Source: Trypethelium eluteriae (Eukaryota). Taken from it: DNA of 64,000 nt. The stretch lies in assembly GCA_051942245.1 (NCBI GenBank), contig JAVECL010000040.1, forward strand, positions 1 through 64,000, in the 5' to 3' direction. How positions within the stretch are numbered: the stretch's first letter is position 1; each line of letters starts with the position of its first letter. The notes beneath the pieces were generated by a model. It did not search any database. It was not told where the DNA came from and saw only the letters and a program-made list of their open reading frames with translations. The position numbers and the translations under genes are program-made. This document shows, piece after piece, positions 37,581-52,571 of the stretch.

Positions 37581-40500
37581 ATGAGCACACAGTCCAATCA
37601 AGTCGCTGCTCCTAGGTTTGGCAGCTTCAAGCCCAAAGGCAAATCCAGACAGACCGAAGCGGATCACTCGCAGGAGGCACGCGCGGAAACCTCGTCAATA
37701 CATTCAGAGCAAGAGGCCACTGAGCATGCAACACGACGCCGCAAGCATGATAATAGGAATAATAAGAAGCGTCGACACCATTATAGATATGGTGATCGCC
37801 AAGAAGTACTCTCGGAGGCCAGGAAAAAGCTACACGAACCGAATATTGTCTTAGCTACGTGGGAAGAAGAACCTTCACTCTACGTCATCGACGTGAATGG
37901 TGACTCCCAGAACATTGCCTATGCAAGGCCTAATACATATCACGTTCCAGCTTATAGACGTGAGGCTGCTGGCGGAGTGCTAGGGTATGATAGCCGTTGG
38001 AAGATAGATCGGCAGAGGAGCAAAGAGCAAGACCTGGTGGTTGTTGACTCGGAAGCTCCTGATGAATCCAAAAGGTCGGAGAACTTGCTGTCGTCCGTTG
38101 GAATCCAAGAGAATGGGCGCTGCCGGGTTATAGGTCCTATGAAAAAGAGACTGGACGAAGATGTAGCTGCCGAGTTTATAGGTCTGTATCCCGAGAGGAA
38201 GACGAACCGCAATTCTCCGCATGTAGATACGAGGCTACGAGATGATAAAGAGCTTGACTACGCGGCTCTTGATAGTACACGATCGCATCAGTATGGATCG
38301 TTCGAATCGGATCGCGAAACGCCTGATTGCTTGGACCAAGCAGGCTCAGAATATGAAGATGAGCAAGAAACATCTTTACAAAATGAGAACGCCCGCCTAT
38401 CTCGTCTTGTTAGAGATGAGCCACATAACGTTATTGCCTGGATACGGTACATCGATCATCAAGATTTTGTAATCCATCATGGTCGAGAAAATTACAGCAT
38501 GAAAATATCTGACAGGCGTGCCTCATCTCAAGTCAAGATTACAATATGTGAGAATGCGTTGAAATCCATCGGAAAAGACACACCCGGCCGAGAGACCCTT
38601 CTTTTGAAATTGGTCGATGAAGGGCTTCAGACTTGGGATGCTGGAACGACGGCACGCAGACTACAAGACATACTCAGGAAGAACCCAACTATCTTTCCGT
38701 TACGAATACGATATCTGAACTTTGTTCAGGTGGATTCGTCGACGTTTCGCTACGAGCACTGCCGTGAAGTTATGCTCGATGCCCTGAAGGCACTAAAGCC
38801 AATGGAAAATTCCGAGAGTACTGGTCAAGCTACAGCGCAAACTGTCTGGTCTCTGGCAGAGCAGCAAATGTATTTGTTCCTTCGCCTCACGAGGCTAATT
38901 TTAGAATCTGGATATCAAGAACATGCCGTGGCTCTTTGGCAAAGCACTATCGAATTTTATCTATTTCGACCCAAACCTTTAGCATATTCTATCGCTGGCA
39001 GTAACTCACAAACCGATTTGATGAAGAGCTTCGAGGAATTCTGGGACGAAGAGGTGCCACGTTTTGGAGAGCCAAATGCTCGTGGCTGGTGCATGTTTCA
39101 TGAAAGTGGTGGAGCCTCTCGAGATCCAGCTACATACCACGTGGACTCCTCTTTCAATCCTGATGGCGACTGGAAAAACTTTGCAGAAACGGAGAAGCGA
39201 CTGATGCATGCTCTAAGAGAACCAGGCAGAACATCTGAGGAAATTGGATCCAATGATCCATATCACACCATACTTTCTTCGGATATCCTTCCCTATCTCT
39301 CATTGCTTCCCTGCTCGATGGATCATGAACTCCTTGTCGATGCGCTGACTTGCTTCTGCCAGCTGCCACCAGCACCAATGTCGAAAAGGCCTACGTCACG
39401 GCAGCAGTGGTGGCTTGATCCCTTCCTCCGTAACGATCTTCTCCAACCCATCATGGAATCAGGATACAGAACTGTTGACGTGCACAGCCCACTACGACAG
39501 CACGGCCTCTCTTTTGGTCAATTCACGACGACGACCCTATTTTCACATCCAATAATGTCCCAGTTCCTATCTGTACCGATTGAGTGGATGCGCTGCGCTC
39601 TAAAAGGTCTTACCGATGCAATACCACAAAGCGATAACCTTGCTGAGTACCGGCTTGTCTTCGAGTACCAGCATGACTCAAAAAACGCGAAGCGGATAGC
39701 CAAGTCTCTTCTCAAAGTGAGGTCTTCGAGCCTGCGTCTATGGAATGCCTATGCCCTTGGCGAATATCGTTATGGGCGCGTAGAGGTTGCAGACAATGTC
39801 ATTACCACAGCTCTTCAGATGAGCAAGACGTTTTCAGAGGCATCGCGAGGAGATACGATATTACTCTTTCAGACTTGGATCTGGGCTGCACTTCATCAAC
39901 TGGATCTGGATATGGCACTCGAACGGGCTCTCCGCCTAAATGCAGGCTTCGACGGCTCTCAATCAATTGCACCAAAAATTATGGATAAGCTTAATATGAA
40001 ACAGAGCATCCTGGGAGCGCGAAACACCTTAGAGAAACATCAGCTAGTGGCTCTCTCGGCACGAGAGCATGAACGCTTTGTAGCTTTTACTGACTGTCTT
40101 GCTCTTGTAGCGTATCTGCCCGAAAAGAGTATAGCTGAAGCTATCTCTGTCTACCAGTCTACTTCAAGCCTGCTTGCGTCTTGGGATTTAGCCTCTGCGT
40201 CGGTCACTGAATTAATTCACCAAGCCGAAGCACAATTGATCGCATACCATATCTCAGGCGGGCAAAACCTGAAATACGATCATGACTACCCGTCATCTAG
40301 CTTACACGCTCCACAACGAGGCTGGATCTATAGCCCGGAACTAATCCGCCAAACACTCCGAGAGAGTCTCTCTCGGTTCCCAGATAATTGTTTCATTCTG
40401 GACGCTCATGTCCACAATGAACTCCGCTTCCCCGTTATTGACCGTGACACGGCCCTCTCCAAGTTCTCACAATTCTCAATTCGTCAAGATCTCCCTCAAG

Positions 40501-40988
40501 GCTTGGAGCGGAAAGTCATGTCAAGACCCTCTAGCGAAGAGCACGAAGCGTCAAACAATTTAGGGCTCGATGGGACAAGCGTAATACGCTGTTTTCACAG
40601 TATTTTGGCGTGCATTGCGCGTCTGCATTCTCAACCAGAGGAGCATTCTGCGACAATCTATAAAGCGCGCTCGATGTTCGAGCGCATTGTCTCGTTAGGG
40701 AGTGGACAGCACAATGCCGGGCTTTGGGCCTTATATCTTGAATTTGAAGTCTACATCGCAGGTAAAGGTGGAGACTTGGAAAGGGCGTGGACAGTCTTTC
40801 TCCAAGGCCTCAGAGCAGTTCCATGGTGCAAAGCTTTTGCAATAGTAGGTTTCGTGCATTTAGGTGAGCACCGTGCTGGCGATATTGCGGGCGTATGGGA
40901 AATGATGGTGGAAAGGGAGTTAAGGCTGCACGTTGACATGGAGCCATTTCTCGGGCGGATGCGCCAACTTAGACAAGCAAAAGGATGA
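37581..40988 (+). CDS. NRDE-2/Nrl1 family HAT-repeat protein
   Basis: 1135-aa ORF with PRFGSFKPK, WIRYIDHQ, SGYQEHAVALWQ, FEEFWDEEVPRFGE and PWCK motifs. Confidence 0.88.
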   Translation: MSTQSNQVAAPRFGSFKPKGKSRQTEADHSQEARAETSSIHSEQEATEHATRRRKHDNRNNKKRRHHYRYGDRQEVLSEARKKLHEPNIVLATWEEEPSLYVIDVNGDSQNIAYARPNTYHVPAYRREAAGGVLGYDSRWKIDRQRSKEQDLVVVDSEAPDESKRSENLLSSVGIQENGRCRVIGPMKKRLDEDVAAEFIGLYPERKTNRNSPHVDTRLRDDKELDYAALDSTRSHQYGSFESDRETPDCLDQAGSEYEDEQETSLQNENARLSRLVRDEPHNVIAWIRYIDHQDFVIHHGRENYSMKISDRRASSQVKITICENALKSIGKDTPGRETLLLKLVDEGLQTWDAGTTARRLQDILRKNPTIFPLRIRYLNFVQVDSSTFRYEHCREVMLDALKALKPMENSESTGQATAQTVWSLAEQQMYLFLRLTRLILESGYQEHAVALWQSTIEFYLFRPKPLAYSIAGSNSQTDLMKSFEEFWDEEVPRFGEPNARGWCMFHESGGASRDPATYHVDSSFNPDGDWKNFAETEKRLMHALREPGRTSEEIGSNDPYHTILSSDILPYLSLLPCSMDHELLVDALTCFCQLPPAPMSKRPTSRQQWWLDPFLRNDLLQPIMESGYRTVDVHSPLRQHGLSFGQFTTTTLFSHPIMSQFLSVPIEWMRCALKGLTDAIPQSDNLAEYRLVFEYQHDSKNAKRIAKSLLKVRSSSLRLWNAYALGEYRYGRVEVADNVITTALQMSKTFSEASRGDTILLFQTWIWAALHQLDLDMALERALRLNAGFDGSQSIAPKIMDKLNMKQSILGARNTLEKHQLVALSAREHERFVAFTDCLALVAYLPEKSIAEAISVYQSTSSLLASWDLASASVTELIHQAEAQLIAYHISGGQNLKYDHDYPSSSLHAPQRGWIYSPELIRQTLRESLSRFPDNCFILDAHVHNELRFPVIDRDTALSKFSQFSIRQDLPQGLERKVMSRPSSEEHEASNNLGLDGTSVIRCFHSILACIARLHSQPEEHSATIYKARSMFERIVSLGSGQHNAGLWALYLEFEVYIAGKGGDLERAWTVFLQGLRAVPWCKAFAIVGFVHLGEHRAGDIAGVWEMMVERELRLHVDMEPFLGRMRQLRQAKG

Positions 40989-42567
40989 GAGATTGTAACA
41001 CTGCAACGAAGACAACGAACCCAGAGCAGAAATACAGAGGGCAGATTTTACAAGCTTCAGCTGCTTGGTTCTTGCTGAGATTCGAGTTGGATACAATTTA
41101 ACTGTGTATGTAGAGGAAAGCAGACGAGCAAAACCCTGAGGGCGACTTTCTAGATTCAAGGACCTAGGTTCATTCGACGAAGGCTTAGTCTATACTTTGA
41201 TTGGATTGGAATATTCTTAAAAAAAAAAAATTCAAAATTACTCTCGCGCTCGGTTTATGATTAATCTTCTGCCACTCCTTCAAAAGGCCACTCACCTCCG
41301 TCGCATCGTATCAGTCTTCGCCGCTACTAAGGAAGGCCTAGTCAACACGGCTGACATCCAAGGCCGGAAGGTGTCTGCCATGTCTGCCATGTCTGCACGC
41401 GGTCATGCTAGCTCTCTCGTCACTTAGTCTCTCGAAAAGCTTGCGGAAAGAGCCCCGGATGTTAGTTTCGTCCATGACTGCCCTGGTCCATTCATATCAA
41501 GCATAGCACGAGGAGGTGGCGCGATGATGTTTCTCCTGCGAACAATCTCTTAGTTAGTCTTCACGCTTATCCGATGAAGAATCTGGTGAGCGACATTTAT
41601 ATCTAGCAACGAGCGCGAATTCTCCCGCAAAATCGGTTACAGTGAGGACTTCAGAGTACGGTGGCAAGAGGAACAGATAGGAACAGTGGGAGTAGCGTAT
41701 ATTCTATCGACCAGGACGGCGAGAGCGCAGCTTCCACGACCGAGGAGCTCCTCACAGGATTGAGAAGAAATGGGAAAGCTGAGGCAATCAAAACCGATTT
41801 GAATGGTGACTTTAAGCGATTTATCGAGGCAGAAATCATGGAGTGAAATTGCTGCCGATGCTCTCAGAACATAAGGCAATGAACGCAACGCTATGATACT
41901 ATAATCATTTAAGGGACTCGACGAGATGAGCAGTCGAGGAATTGCCTGCGCTTGAGTTCAGCAGTATCTCTAAGCTCTACCAGTCATGAAAGTTTTGAAG
42001 CAGCGAACGATGATGAGCACAAGTACAGGACTACAGGGTACGTAGGAGACTGGCGCGGCTGTTGAACGTTTCCAGTTTCTGAGGTGGATCTCCTCGGGAA
42101 GGTGGGCCGTGCGCCTCGGATCTGCACCGGTAACCAGTTACGCAATCCTGTCCATAAAACTTACCATTCGTGCTGCCCACATGGGCAATTGTACTGATTC
42201 CCACTCTTATTGCCTACCTTTTTCCATCGGAATGGTGACCAAGTCGTCCTCAAGCCAGCAGATCTGTATCTACATTTGAATATGCTTGCCTTCTTGAGCC
42301 AATTTTACTCCGTCAACGCCAAGGTCTTCAGGTGAGGCTACCGGCTGTCCCGGCCAAGGCTCCTTTCTCCAGCCGGCGCAGTTCATTAGCGAAGTCTGAG
42401 GCAGAGTGACCTTGTTTTCAGAACTGCATTGGTGCATTGTTGGCCGTCCTTCCACGGTTCTTTCCCCACTCATCATTCAGACCATTGCACCTACCAGCCT
42501 CGTCAGCTCCGTCAGCTTGCTGGTCAGTTCATAGCCTACCGGTGGCGACTGACTTCTTCTGCACACC

Positions 42568-44377
42568 ATGGCTACCCTTGACCTATCCCTCTTCCAACAG
42601 CCACAGGAGATCCCTTTCGGTGACTACGACGTCGTCGACTCTCCGATTACTGCAATGGCGAAACAGCAAGACCATCCGAACTTCGGTCAGCTTCTACTCT
42701 TCGTCTTCGAAGCCATCCTTGAGGTTGTCTGCGTTAGTCTGCCAGGCTATATACTCGCAAGACAAGGAATGCTCGATGCCGAAAAACAGAAATTCATATC
42801 GAATCTCAATACGCAGATATTCACGCCTTGCCTGATCTTTACGAAGCTTGCCTCCCAACTAAACGGCGACAAACTTGTCGAACTGGCGGTCATTCCCTTC
42901 CTCTTCATTGGTATGACGGCCTTCTCATACATCGGCGCATTAATTATTTCGAAGCTCTTTCGATTCAGAAAACGGGCCACAAACTACGTCATTGCTATGG
43001 CTGTCTTTGGCAATTCCAATTCTCTCCCCCTCTCGCTCGTGTCGTCCTTGTCTCAGACTATCTCCGGCTTGCACTGGGATAAAATACCCGGTGATAACGA
43101 CAATGAAGTGGCTGCTAGAGGCATTCTGTATCTGATGATCTTCCAACAGCTCGGTCAGCTGCTGCGATGGAGTTGGGGCTATAACGTGCTTCTTGCGCCT
43201 GCGGATCAATATCCCGACGAAGACGCGTACCAAAACTCGCGGACAGAACAAGGACGATACAGGGATGATCCTGATGAGGCTGAGGAGGACGAACGTCGCG
43301 CCAGTGGACATGTTAGCGAAGCAAACGGTCATTCTCATTCGAAAAGCAGTTCCGGATCCCAAACACCTATCAATGCAAATTATTATGCATCATCCTCTAC
43401 TTTGTCAGAAGCGTCGTCCAGTGGTCACGAGGACCTACTGCCAAATAATCAAGTATATTCCACGCCTACAAACGGAAATATCGTGGGCAGAGGGCCCGGA
43501 AATCTGGCGGGCCACGGATCGAGGCAAGATTCTACCGGCCATATTACAACCTTCCCCAAGCCAGGGAACGGCCATAAGATCGATGATGAAGGCATTCCTG
43601 AGGGCTGGAAGGGCTGGTGGCGACGAGGCCAACAGAGCGTCCAACGTATGTCCGTTGCCACTAGGACCAAGGCTTCGAAGTTCAGCAACCGGGTCTATGA
43701 ATCCATGCCTGCTCCAGTGCAGAAGACGTACTCTGTCATACACCGTTTTCTGGTCAGATTCGCCAAAGGTTGCTGGGAGTTTATGAATCCACCGCTCTGG
43801 GCGATGCTCATCGCCGTTATCGTAGCCTCGGTACCGCCTCTCAAATCGCTCTTCTTCACAGATGGCAGCTTCATCAAGAACTCCGTCTCCAACGCCATTC
43901 GTTCAAGTGGAAATGTTGCAGTCCCACTCATTCTGGTGGTCCTTGGTAGCAATCTGGCAAAAAATACGCTCCCTGACGAAGGGCCGAAGACCAAAGAAGT
44001 CCAAAGAGAGGAGAGGAATATCCTGGTCGCTGCCATTATGAGCCGTATGGTAATACCAGTCATATTCATGGGACCGGTTTATGCTTTCGCGGCCAAGTAT
44101 GTCCCGGTTAGCATACTAGACGACCCTATTTTCTCGGTTGTGTTATACCTCCTACTCGGAGCACCAAGCGCACTACAATTGTCGCAGATTTGCCAGATTA
44201 ACAACGTCTACGAGGTAGTAATGTCGAAATTACTATTCTATAGCTACGTGATATTGTAAGTCACACCTATATTGACGCACACATCTAGCCGCTGACCATT
44301 GTTTTACCAGGATTCTACCCTCTACGCTTATACTGGTTGTCGTGGCGTTGGAGGTGGTCAAATGGGCCCAAGACTAG
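42568..44377 (+). CDS. Auxin efflux carrier (PIN-like, Mem_trans) family transporter
   Basis: Motifs FTPCLIFTKL, FGNSNSLP, RWSWGY, FMNPPLWA, AVPLILVVLG, GAPSALQL. Intron 44256-44310. Confidence 0.92.
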
Positions 44378-45049
44378 GTATCGGGGCTGCGGTGCTGACC
44401 ATGATCAGAGTATATTTGAGCTTGTTGCATGCAATTGCTCTGAAGGCAATAGCGTAGGCGTTTCGGGAGTTGTGGTATGGGTCTAAAATTCGTATGCGCC
44501 ACACAGCCGCATTCATTGGCTGGGGCTTGGAGAGGGGGACACATGATCGCAGCTGCATATCGCGGAAGGAATAGATAAAATATAGGTAGAGGTGGAAGTG
44601 GCAGTGTTGATAGTCTTATCGTACCCAACCCACTATCAATTCGATGCTTCCCCAGCGGAGTAGGAGCCCGACGTGTTCGCCACATAGATAACGGCGAGAC
44701 CAGGAATTTACTTCACCGCTAGATTCCGCCCTACCGTGGACCCTCCGAGGCTTGTTGCTCATTGTCCTCTTCAAATCGCTTTCGTTGCCACCTCCCTCAT
44801 ACAACCCAACCCGCACGAAATCTTTGCCCATCTCGCTGCTGTGGTATGCCCCATTGATGGGACTAATTTTGCTACGAGAAAGACTCGAATTGTTCTAGAC
44901 GCAGGACAATATTCAGACACGTCATTCAAGAGCTTCCCCGTGGCTAGCGAACGGACTGGATCAGACTCGCGCTCGCTCAGCAGTTCGTCAGTTCTGGTTT
45001 CGACGTTCGCAAAGCAAGAAAATACTAGACCCCTGCGATATCCAAACAA

Positions 45050-45535
45050 ATGACGTCCGCCGATGGCCGGGCTAATGCCTTAGTGCCCGCCGCCCACGAC
45101 GACGAAATGCCTTCGCCACGATGGAAGGCTCCCAAAGGTGAGGCGGCATTTCGACTTCTCTATCGATCAAAACATCTTATGTGCCTTGAATCCTTTTCAT
45201 CAACTTCGAGATCGCTAGAATTGCGCGCGTGCGCGTAGGCATCAGCGCATGGGATGGCCGACATCCTTGCCTGCCTGCACTGTCAATTCTACCTCGCTAG
45301 CGAGAAAGCTTGACCCCGTTGTACCAGAGTCCCCCGAGATCTTGCACAGCCTTGGGTCCATGCCACTGCGATTGGACGTTCTCGAGTGATATTCTCTTTC
45401 GCTCTGACGGCGAATTTGCATGCATAGTTTGTCGATAGGCAGAAGCCCACCGCTATTCATGTACATTACCCATGATGGATTCGTGTGCTTTTCCCTGGCA
45501 GAATTGCATCTTAGTACCATCCAACATGGCGCAAG

Positions 45536-45568
<33 letters not shown>

Positions 45569-48270
45569 TCCTTTGTGTTCAACACACAATCAGACCCAAG
45601 CTTACTTTTTTGACCTTTTGCAGTTTTCTCTTACAGTTCAGCCTCCGAACACATCTCTCCAATCATCCTGGGTGGAAGGGAAGAATCAGACGACGACTGT
45701 GACTTTAGTCAGAGGGGAACTAAGCAGCATCGGATAAGTACCACAAGACGTCTTTCCGATAGACTCGCAAGGCTTACGGAGAGCCCATCACTCCTCCCTG
45801 TGACTGAAGCTAGATCTCCTGAACCCCTCCCCTGTGACAATCATTCTGCCACCGATGTAAATCTCCAAGGTCCCGACCCACCTAACTTTTTAGAACAAGT
45901 GGCAGCGTGGCTTGAAGAAGAGAAGGCTAAAAGTAATGCTCGACGAGCTAAACGTTATGCTGTGAAGTCAGGAAATGCCACGACACCGAGAGAGGGAAAG
46001 CGCCATCAAACAATTGGAGGCTCAAGACGGCCCTCTGATGCCTCTGATAGTGCTCTTGCTCTTGGAAAGCTCGAGCGCATCATTGAGAAAGCACTCACTT
46101 TCGCTACGAATCCCAAGAGTTCGGGTTCGAAGAGTTCTCATACTGCACACAAAGCATCTTCGTATCGCAAATTGAAGCGGCATCCCACTAATGTCTCATC
46201 TGATACGGATTTCCACGATGGCGAAACTATTGTGCCATCTTGCGATGCCTGGCTCGACAACGCTAAGACTCTTTCTTATACTGGAGGTACTGCTGGTTCA
46301 TCGGACGTCTTGGAGCTGAGCAGGCCCAAGACAAAGGAGTCTGAAGCTTGGGATACTTTCAAATATGAGATTTTACGCCTTGCTCATACCCTGCATATCG
46401 GAGGATGGCGGAGAGTACCTCTGGAGTGCAGTCGCCACATCAACGTTGAAAGACTAAGTGGCGCGTTAACAAATGCCATCTATGTTGTATCATCTCCCCG
46501 AGATCTGACACTCCTAAATCGTCCATCTCCGTATGGAATTCTCAGGCCTAAGAAGCCTCCATCGTATGTTGCCAGACTCTCATAAAGGGCCTTGTTCCCG
46601 GAATGCTAATTAAAGTGCTAGTAAATTGCTTCTCCGCATCTATGGCCCAAATGTCTCTCATCTCATCGATCGTAACTCCGAGCTTGCAATTCTTCGTCGC
46701 CTCGCACGGAAACGGATTGGACCGCGCCTACTGGGCACATTTAGGAATGGGCGGTTTGAAGAGTACTTCCATGCTCGCCCTCTCACCCCCCAAGACCTTA
46801 GGAACCCAGAGACAAGCAAACAGATTGCGAAACGCATGAGAGAACTTCACGAGGGAATTGCGTTGGAGGAGCACGAAATCACGGCTGGGCCATTTGTTTG
46901 GCAGAACTGGGACAAGTGGGTCGCCAGGTGTGAAAAAATCATCACTTGGCTAGATCGACAATTGTTGAAGACTCAAAAGGCCTCGGGCGCAAACTCTTGG
47001 GGCAAGTATAGGCCGGCCTTCGTCTGTGGTGTCGAGTGGAAGCAATTTCGAGAAGTGGTGGAAAAGTATAGAGAATGGCTTGACGCGCAGTGCGGTGGAA
47101 GTAACCAGATCAAACGACGCCTGATATTTGCTCACAACGATGTGCGTTGATCTGAAGACCTATGCTTTCAGCTCTGGCCGCTGACATTGCTGACCGCAGA
47201 CACAATACGGCAACATTCTTCGCTATGTTCCTCAAGGAGACTCACCCTTGCTTTTGCCCGCAAATGAACACAAGCAACTCGTTGTAATCGACTTCGAGTA
47301 TGCTAACGCAAACGTACCTGGTCTTGAGTTCGCTAATCATTTTGTGAGTTTCCATACTCCTCAATGTCTTCGCACATAGCTTGTCGAATCGCCCTTGTGA
47401 AATCTACATAAACTGATTGCGGTTCAGACTGAATGGTGCTATAATTATCATGACGATCGTTCTCCCTACACCCTGAATCACTGGGCCTATCCGAGTACGT
47501 CAGAGCAATACCGCTTCTTGCGGTCCTACGTCCATCACCAGCCTCGATTCAGCTTCTCTTCCTCGGCGACGAATACACCGCATCTCGGGGCTACTAGCGC
47601 AGGAAATACGCCAGTCTTGACTGATGATACGTCGTTTGCTGCTTCCACGACTCCAGGGCTTACCGCCGCAAGCCCTTGTACACCTGCACTTCCTCCTACC
47701 CTTCTGAGAACGTCAACCAGCAATATGAGCATGTTCACACTCGACACTCGAGGGGCGCTTGAATCCTCGTCCTGCGCACCGGACTCTCCACTGGCAACTG
47801 ACTGGGATAAAGTGCTGGAAGTGGGCAAAGGAGCGACCGAAGAAGAAGAGGAAGAAGAAGTGAATAAATTACTGCATGAAACGCGGCTTTGGCGCGCTGC
47901 AAATAGCGCCCAGTGGGTTGCTTGGGCCATCGTGCAGGCAAGACTTCCCAGGCCACTAGCTCGCGAAATGGAGCGTTGGCTGGCTGATGCGCCTAATTGC
48001 TCTTCTTCCGAGCACACGCCACCCTTTACGCCGATGAGCACTAGTCTTGAGCGATCACCCACGCAGAATGGAGCGACGGATGAGCCAGCTGAATTTCCGG
48101 ACACTGATGAATTAGAGGGAGAAGCGGAGGAGATGGAAGAATTTGATTATCTGGCCTACGCGCACGAGCGAGCCCTATTCTTTTGGGGTGACGTGTTACA
48201 AGCTGGCATTGTAGCAGAGGAAGAATTGCCAGAAGAATTGAGAGCCAAGGTAAAGAAAGTAGAACATTAG
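45050..48270 (+). CDS. CKI1: Choline/ethanolamine kinase, five exons (first exon less certain)
   Basis: Motifs RLSGALTNAIY, LLLRIYG, FAHNDTQYGN, VIDFEY, EFANHFTEW. Introns 45138-45623, 46564-46621, 47142-47199 and 47344-47427 all keep frame. Confidence 0.88.
45538..45567. repeat. (CAT)10 microsatellite in the first intron of the choline kinase gene
   Basis: Ten perfect CAT units. Confidence 0.95.
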
Positions 48271-49095
48271 AGCGGAGAGTGCTGCAAAGTGGATTCAACA
48301 CTCGTCTATGAGGTACTCTCTCGGGATAGGTTTCAGATAGCAGAGCATGGAGTTGGTCATTTTGGCAAGTGCAAATCGCAAATTGGTGGATTTAAGCCGG
48401 TACACGGAGATGAGCACTCACTAGAGGTACAGGGCAGGCGACAAGGATGTAATGATACGGGAGACCCAGCGTCTGAATCACTGTACGGAGGACTACGGAA
48501 TACAGTCGTTTACTCCATTCAATACGAGAGTGCAGTCGCATACAAAGTACGGCCGAAGGGCGGAAGGAATTTTCGCATTTGGCCAAAACTATTATTACCT
48601 TCACCTTTGTAAATCTACGGAGTACTAGGTCAGGTACCTAAGATGCTAAGGCAGATGGCGACATTCCCTACCCTTACATGCCTCATTATCATTGGTCAAT
48701 GCCAAGTGAGATCATGCCTGCACCCCTGAGCACGAGCCACTGACGTCAAGCATCAACACATCCGAGATGAGGCTAAAAAGCGTATCACCGTTTTTTGCTT
48801 CGTTTCTCCACCTCCCCGCATATCCAAGCGACAATAGGCCGGAAAGAGTTGGAAAAGTAATCAATCTCGCATTTCCGCCCCTTCATGGTCACACCCATGG
48901 ACCTCAGCATATGGCGTACCCCGCTACATGGCTTGCCAACGCGGCTCCTGCAGAAGCTGCCGTGGTACCACGAGGGGAGTGGAGAGCATTTAAAAGGCCG
49001 GCTGGCCGCATTGGGGAGTACAATTGCATAATCCCGAGCTTTATTTTCGTTGTGGTCTTTTGTCCTGTCTGAAAAGCCTTGTCGGCGCGCCCGTC

Positions 49096-51056
<1,961 letters not shown>

Positions 51057-51812
51057 GAAGTAGCTTTTTGGGATGAATACTGGCTGTAGTATCATAAAGT
51101 CTAATTAATTTCATTAAATTGCGAAGTAGACCACTGATTTGAAGATCATTCGAATGAAATGGTAATACTTGCTTCGTCACGGCCGGCAACCTTGCCCGAC
51201 CAGCAATAATTTCTTGTCTTTGCACGATCGCCGCAGCGCCATTTGCCTCCCTCCACCTCAAGGGAGACGACTCACAAGTCGAACCAGAGATTCCCCGCAA
51301 ACTACAGCGTGTTCATCCCACATATCGGCCTCGCTTGAGCCTGAAGAAAGCCTGAGGGGAAAAAAGGGTTATGGAATAAAAAGATCAGCAAATCTGTAGG
51401 AAGCTCTCCGCTCTGCTACTCTACACCTCAGACGAAGCCAGCGGATCCGACAAGGCTTCAACTTGAGCTCCAGCCCAACATCGGTTGTCAGGATTCATTG
51501 TTGAGCTACAGAGCAAGAGCGCCTCAATCCGTTTATCAGCGTCCAAGTCGATGAGCTTTTGCCCGTGTGACCACAGATTACGCGTGATCGATGGCTCAGC
51601 TAGATTTGATGGACTGAAGAGTGAGTGGATAAAGAATTCTCGACTATCTATCTACAGAACAACTGTTTCCTCTTTTTTGGGCAAAGGTCCATGGAAACTC
51701 AGAGGCTCAGAATATTGTGCACACCGTCCGAGATTTGGCAATCCCATCAAGCTCTGCAATTCTGCAATTCTGCTGCAGACGACAACAACTTTGTGACATC
51801 TTCCATGAGCCC

Positions 51813-52571
51813 TTAGAGATTCTTGCGAGAAAAGAAAGACCCGGAAAGAAAAAAAAAAAAAGGAATCACATCCACCAACAGAAATATATGCTCAGCGGAA
51901 GCAGAATCAAGGAACAAACAGGTAGAACGCAGTACTTCCACACCACGGCAATGCCAATGCAGCCGTAGCGGCCACCCAGCATTTTTTTGCTCCAGTATTT
52001 CTTCTGCAAAGACACAGTCCTCCACGCATGGGCCCTGCACTCTTTTCTGTCCCCGTTTTTCTTCCAGCTTCTTATCACCTTCCCAATGGGAGTTGTCATT
52101 ATCTTTAACAAGGCGAACCCCTTGGTAATAGCATCGACAACGGCAGCATTGATCTTTTGGGCGAAGATTCGGACCAATAGCTTGCCACGTGTGCCCGGCG
52201 CATTCCTGCAAGGCGGCTCCAGGAGTGTTCAAAAAACACCGTCGGAGCTGTACCCAGCGTTTTGCGTCGGCGTCAATTCGGGTTGAGCTGTTTGCATCAA
52301 TCTCGGCAATATTGTCTAAAGTAGTTCCGGCATGCTTCAATCGACCCTGGACATATCCATCCTGGACCCGTACATCTCTGTAGTCACAAAGGAATTGCAG
52401 CCATTCATGCGTGCGAGAACTCTTTTCCAGCCATTCTGGCTCTGATGACCCAAGTCTTCTCAAAGTCTCGTCGAAACACAGCGTCCGAGGCACAAGAGGC
52501 GGGACCTTTAGGTATGGTGCTTTCTCGTTGCTTCCTTCTCTTTTACCTGGATCGCTATGTTCCCATACAAT
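51813..52571 (-). CDS. Orphan open frame with CxxC...GxCxE motif; no clear ATG, possibly a pseudogene
   Basis: About 250 codons open from 52571 with protein-like composition; contains RPKDQCCRC and GPCVED. 5' end unresolved (in-frame TAG at 52572-52574). Confidence 0.4.
   Translation of the reverse strand: MVWEHSDPGKREGSNEKAPYLKVPPLVPRTLCFDETLRRLGSSEPEWLEKSSRTHEWLQFLCDYRDVRVQDGYVQGRLKHAGTTLDNIAEIDANSSTRIDADAKRWVQLRRCFLNTPGAALQECAGHTWQAIGPNLRPKDQCCRCRCYYQGVRLVKDNDNSHWEGDKKLEEKRGQKRVQGPCVEDCVFAEEILEQKNAGWPLRLHWHCRGVEVLRSTCLFLDSASAEHIFLLVDVIPFFFFLSGSFFSRKNL

Noticed and set aside
41661..41846. 61-aa GTG-start ORF between NRDE-2 and the transporter
   Set aside because: No ATG, no convincing upstream exon and no recognisable motif.
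45472..45702. Poly-His, poly-Ser and poly-Asp ORFs
   Set aside because: Translations of the intronic (CAT)10 microsatellite.
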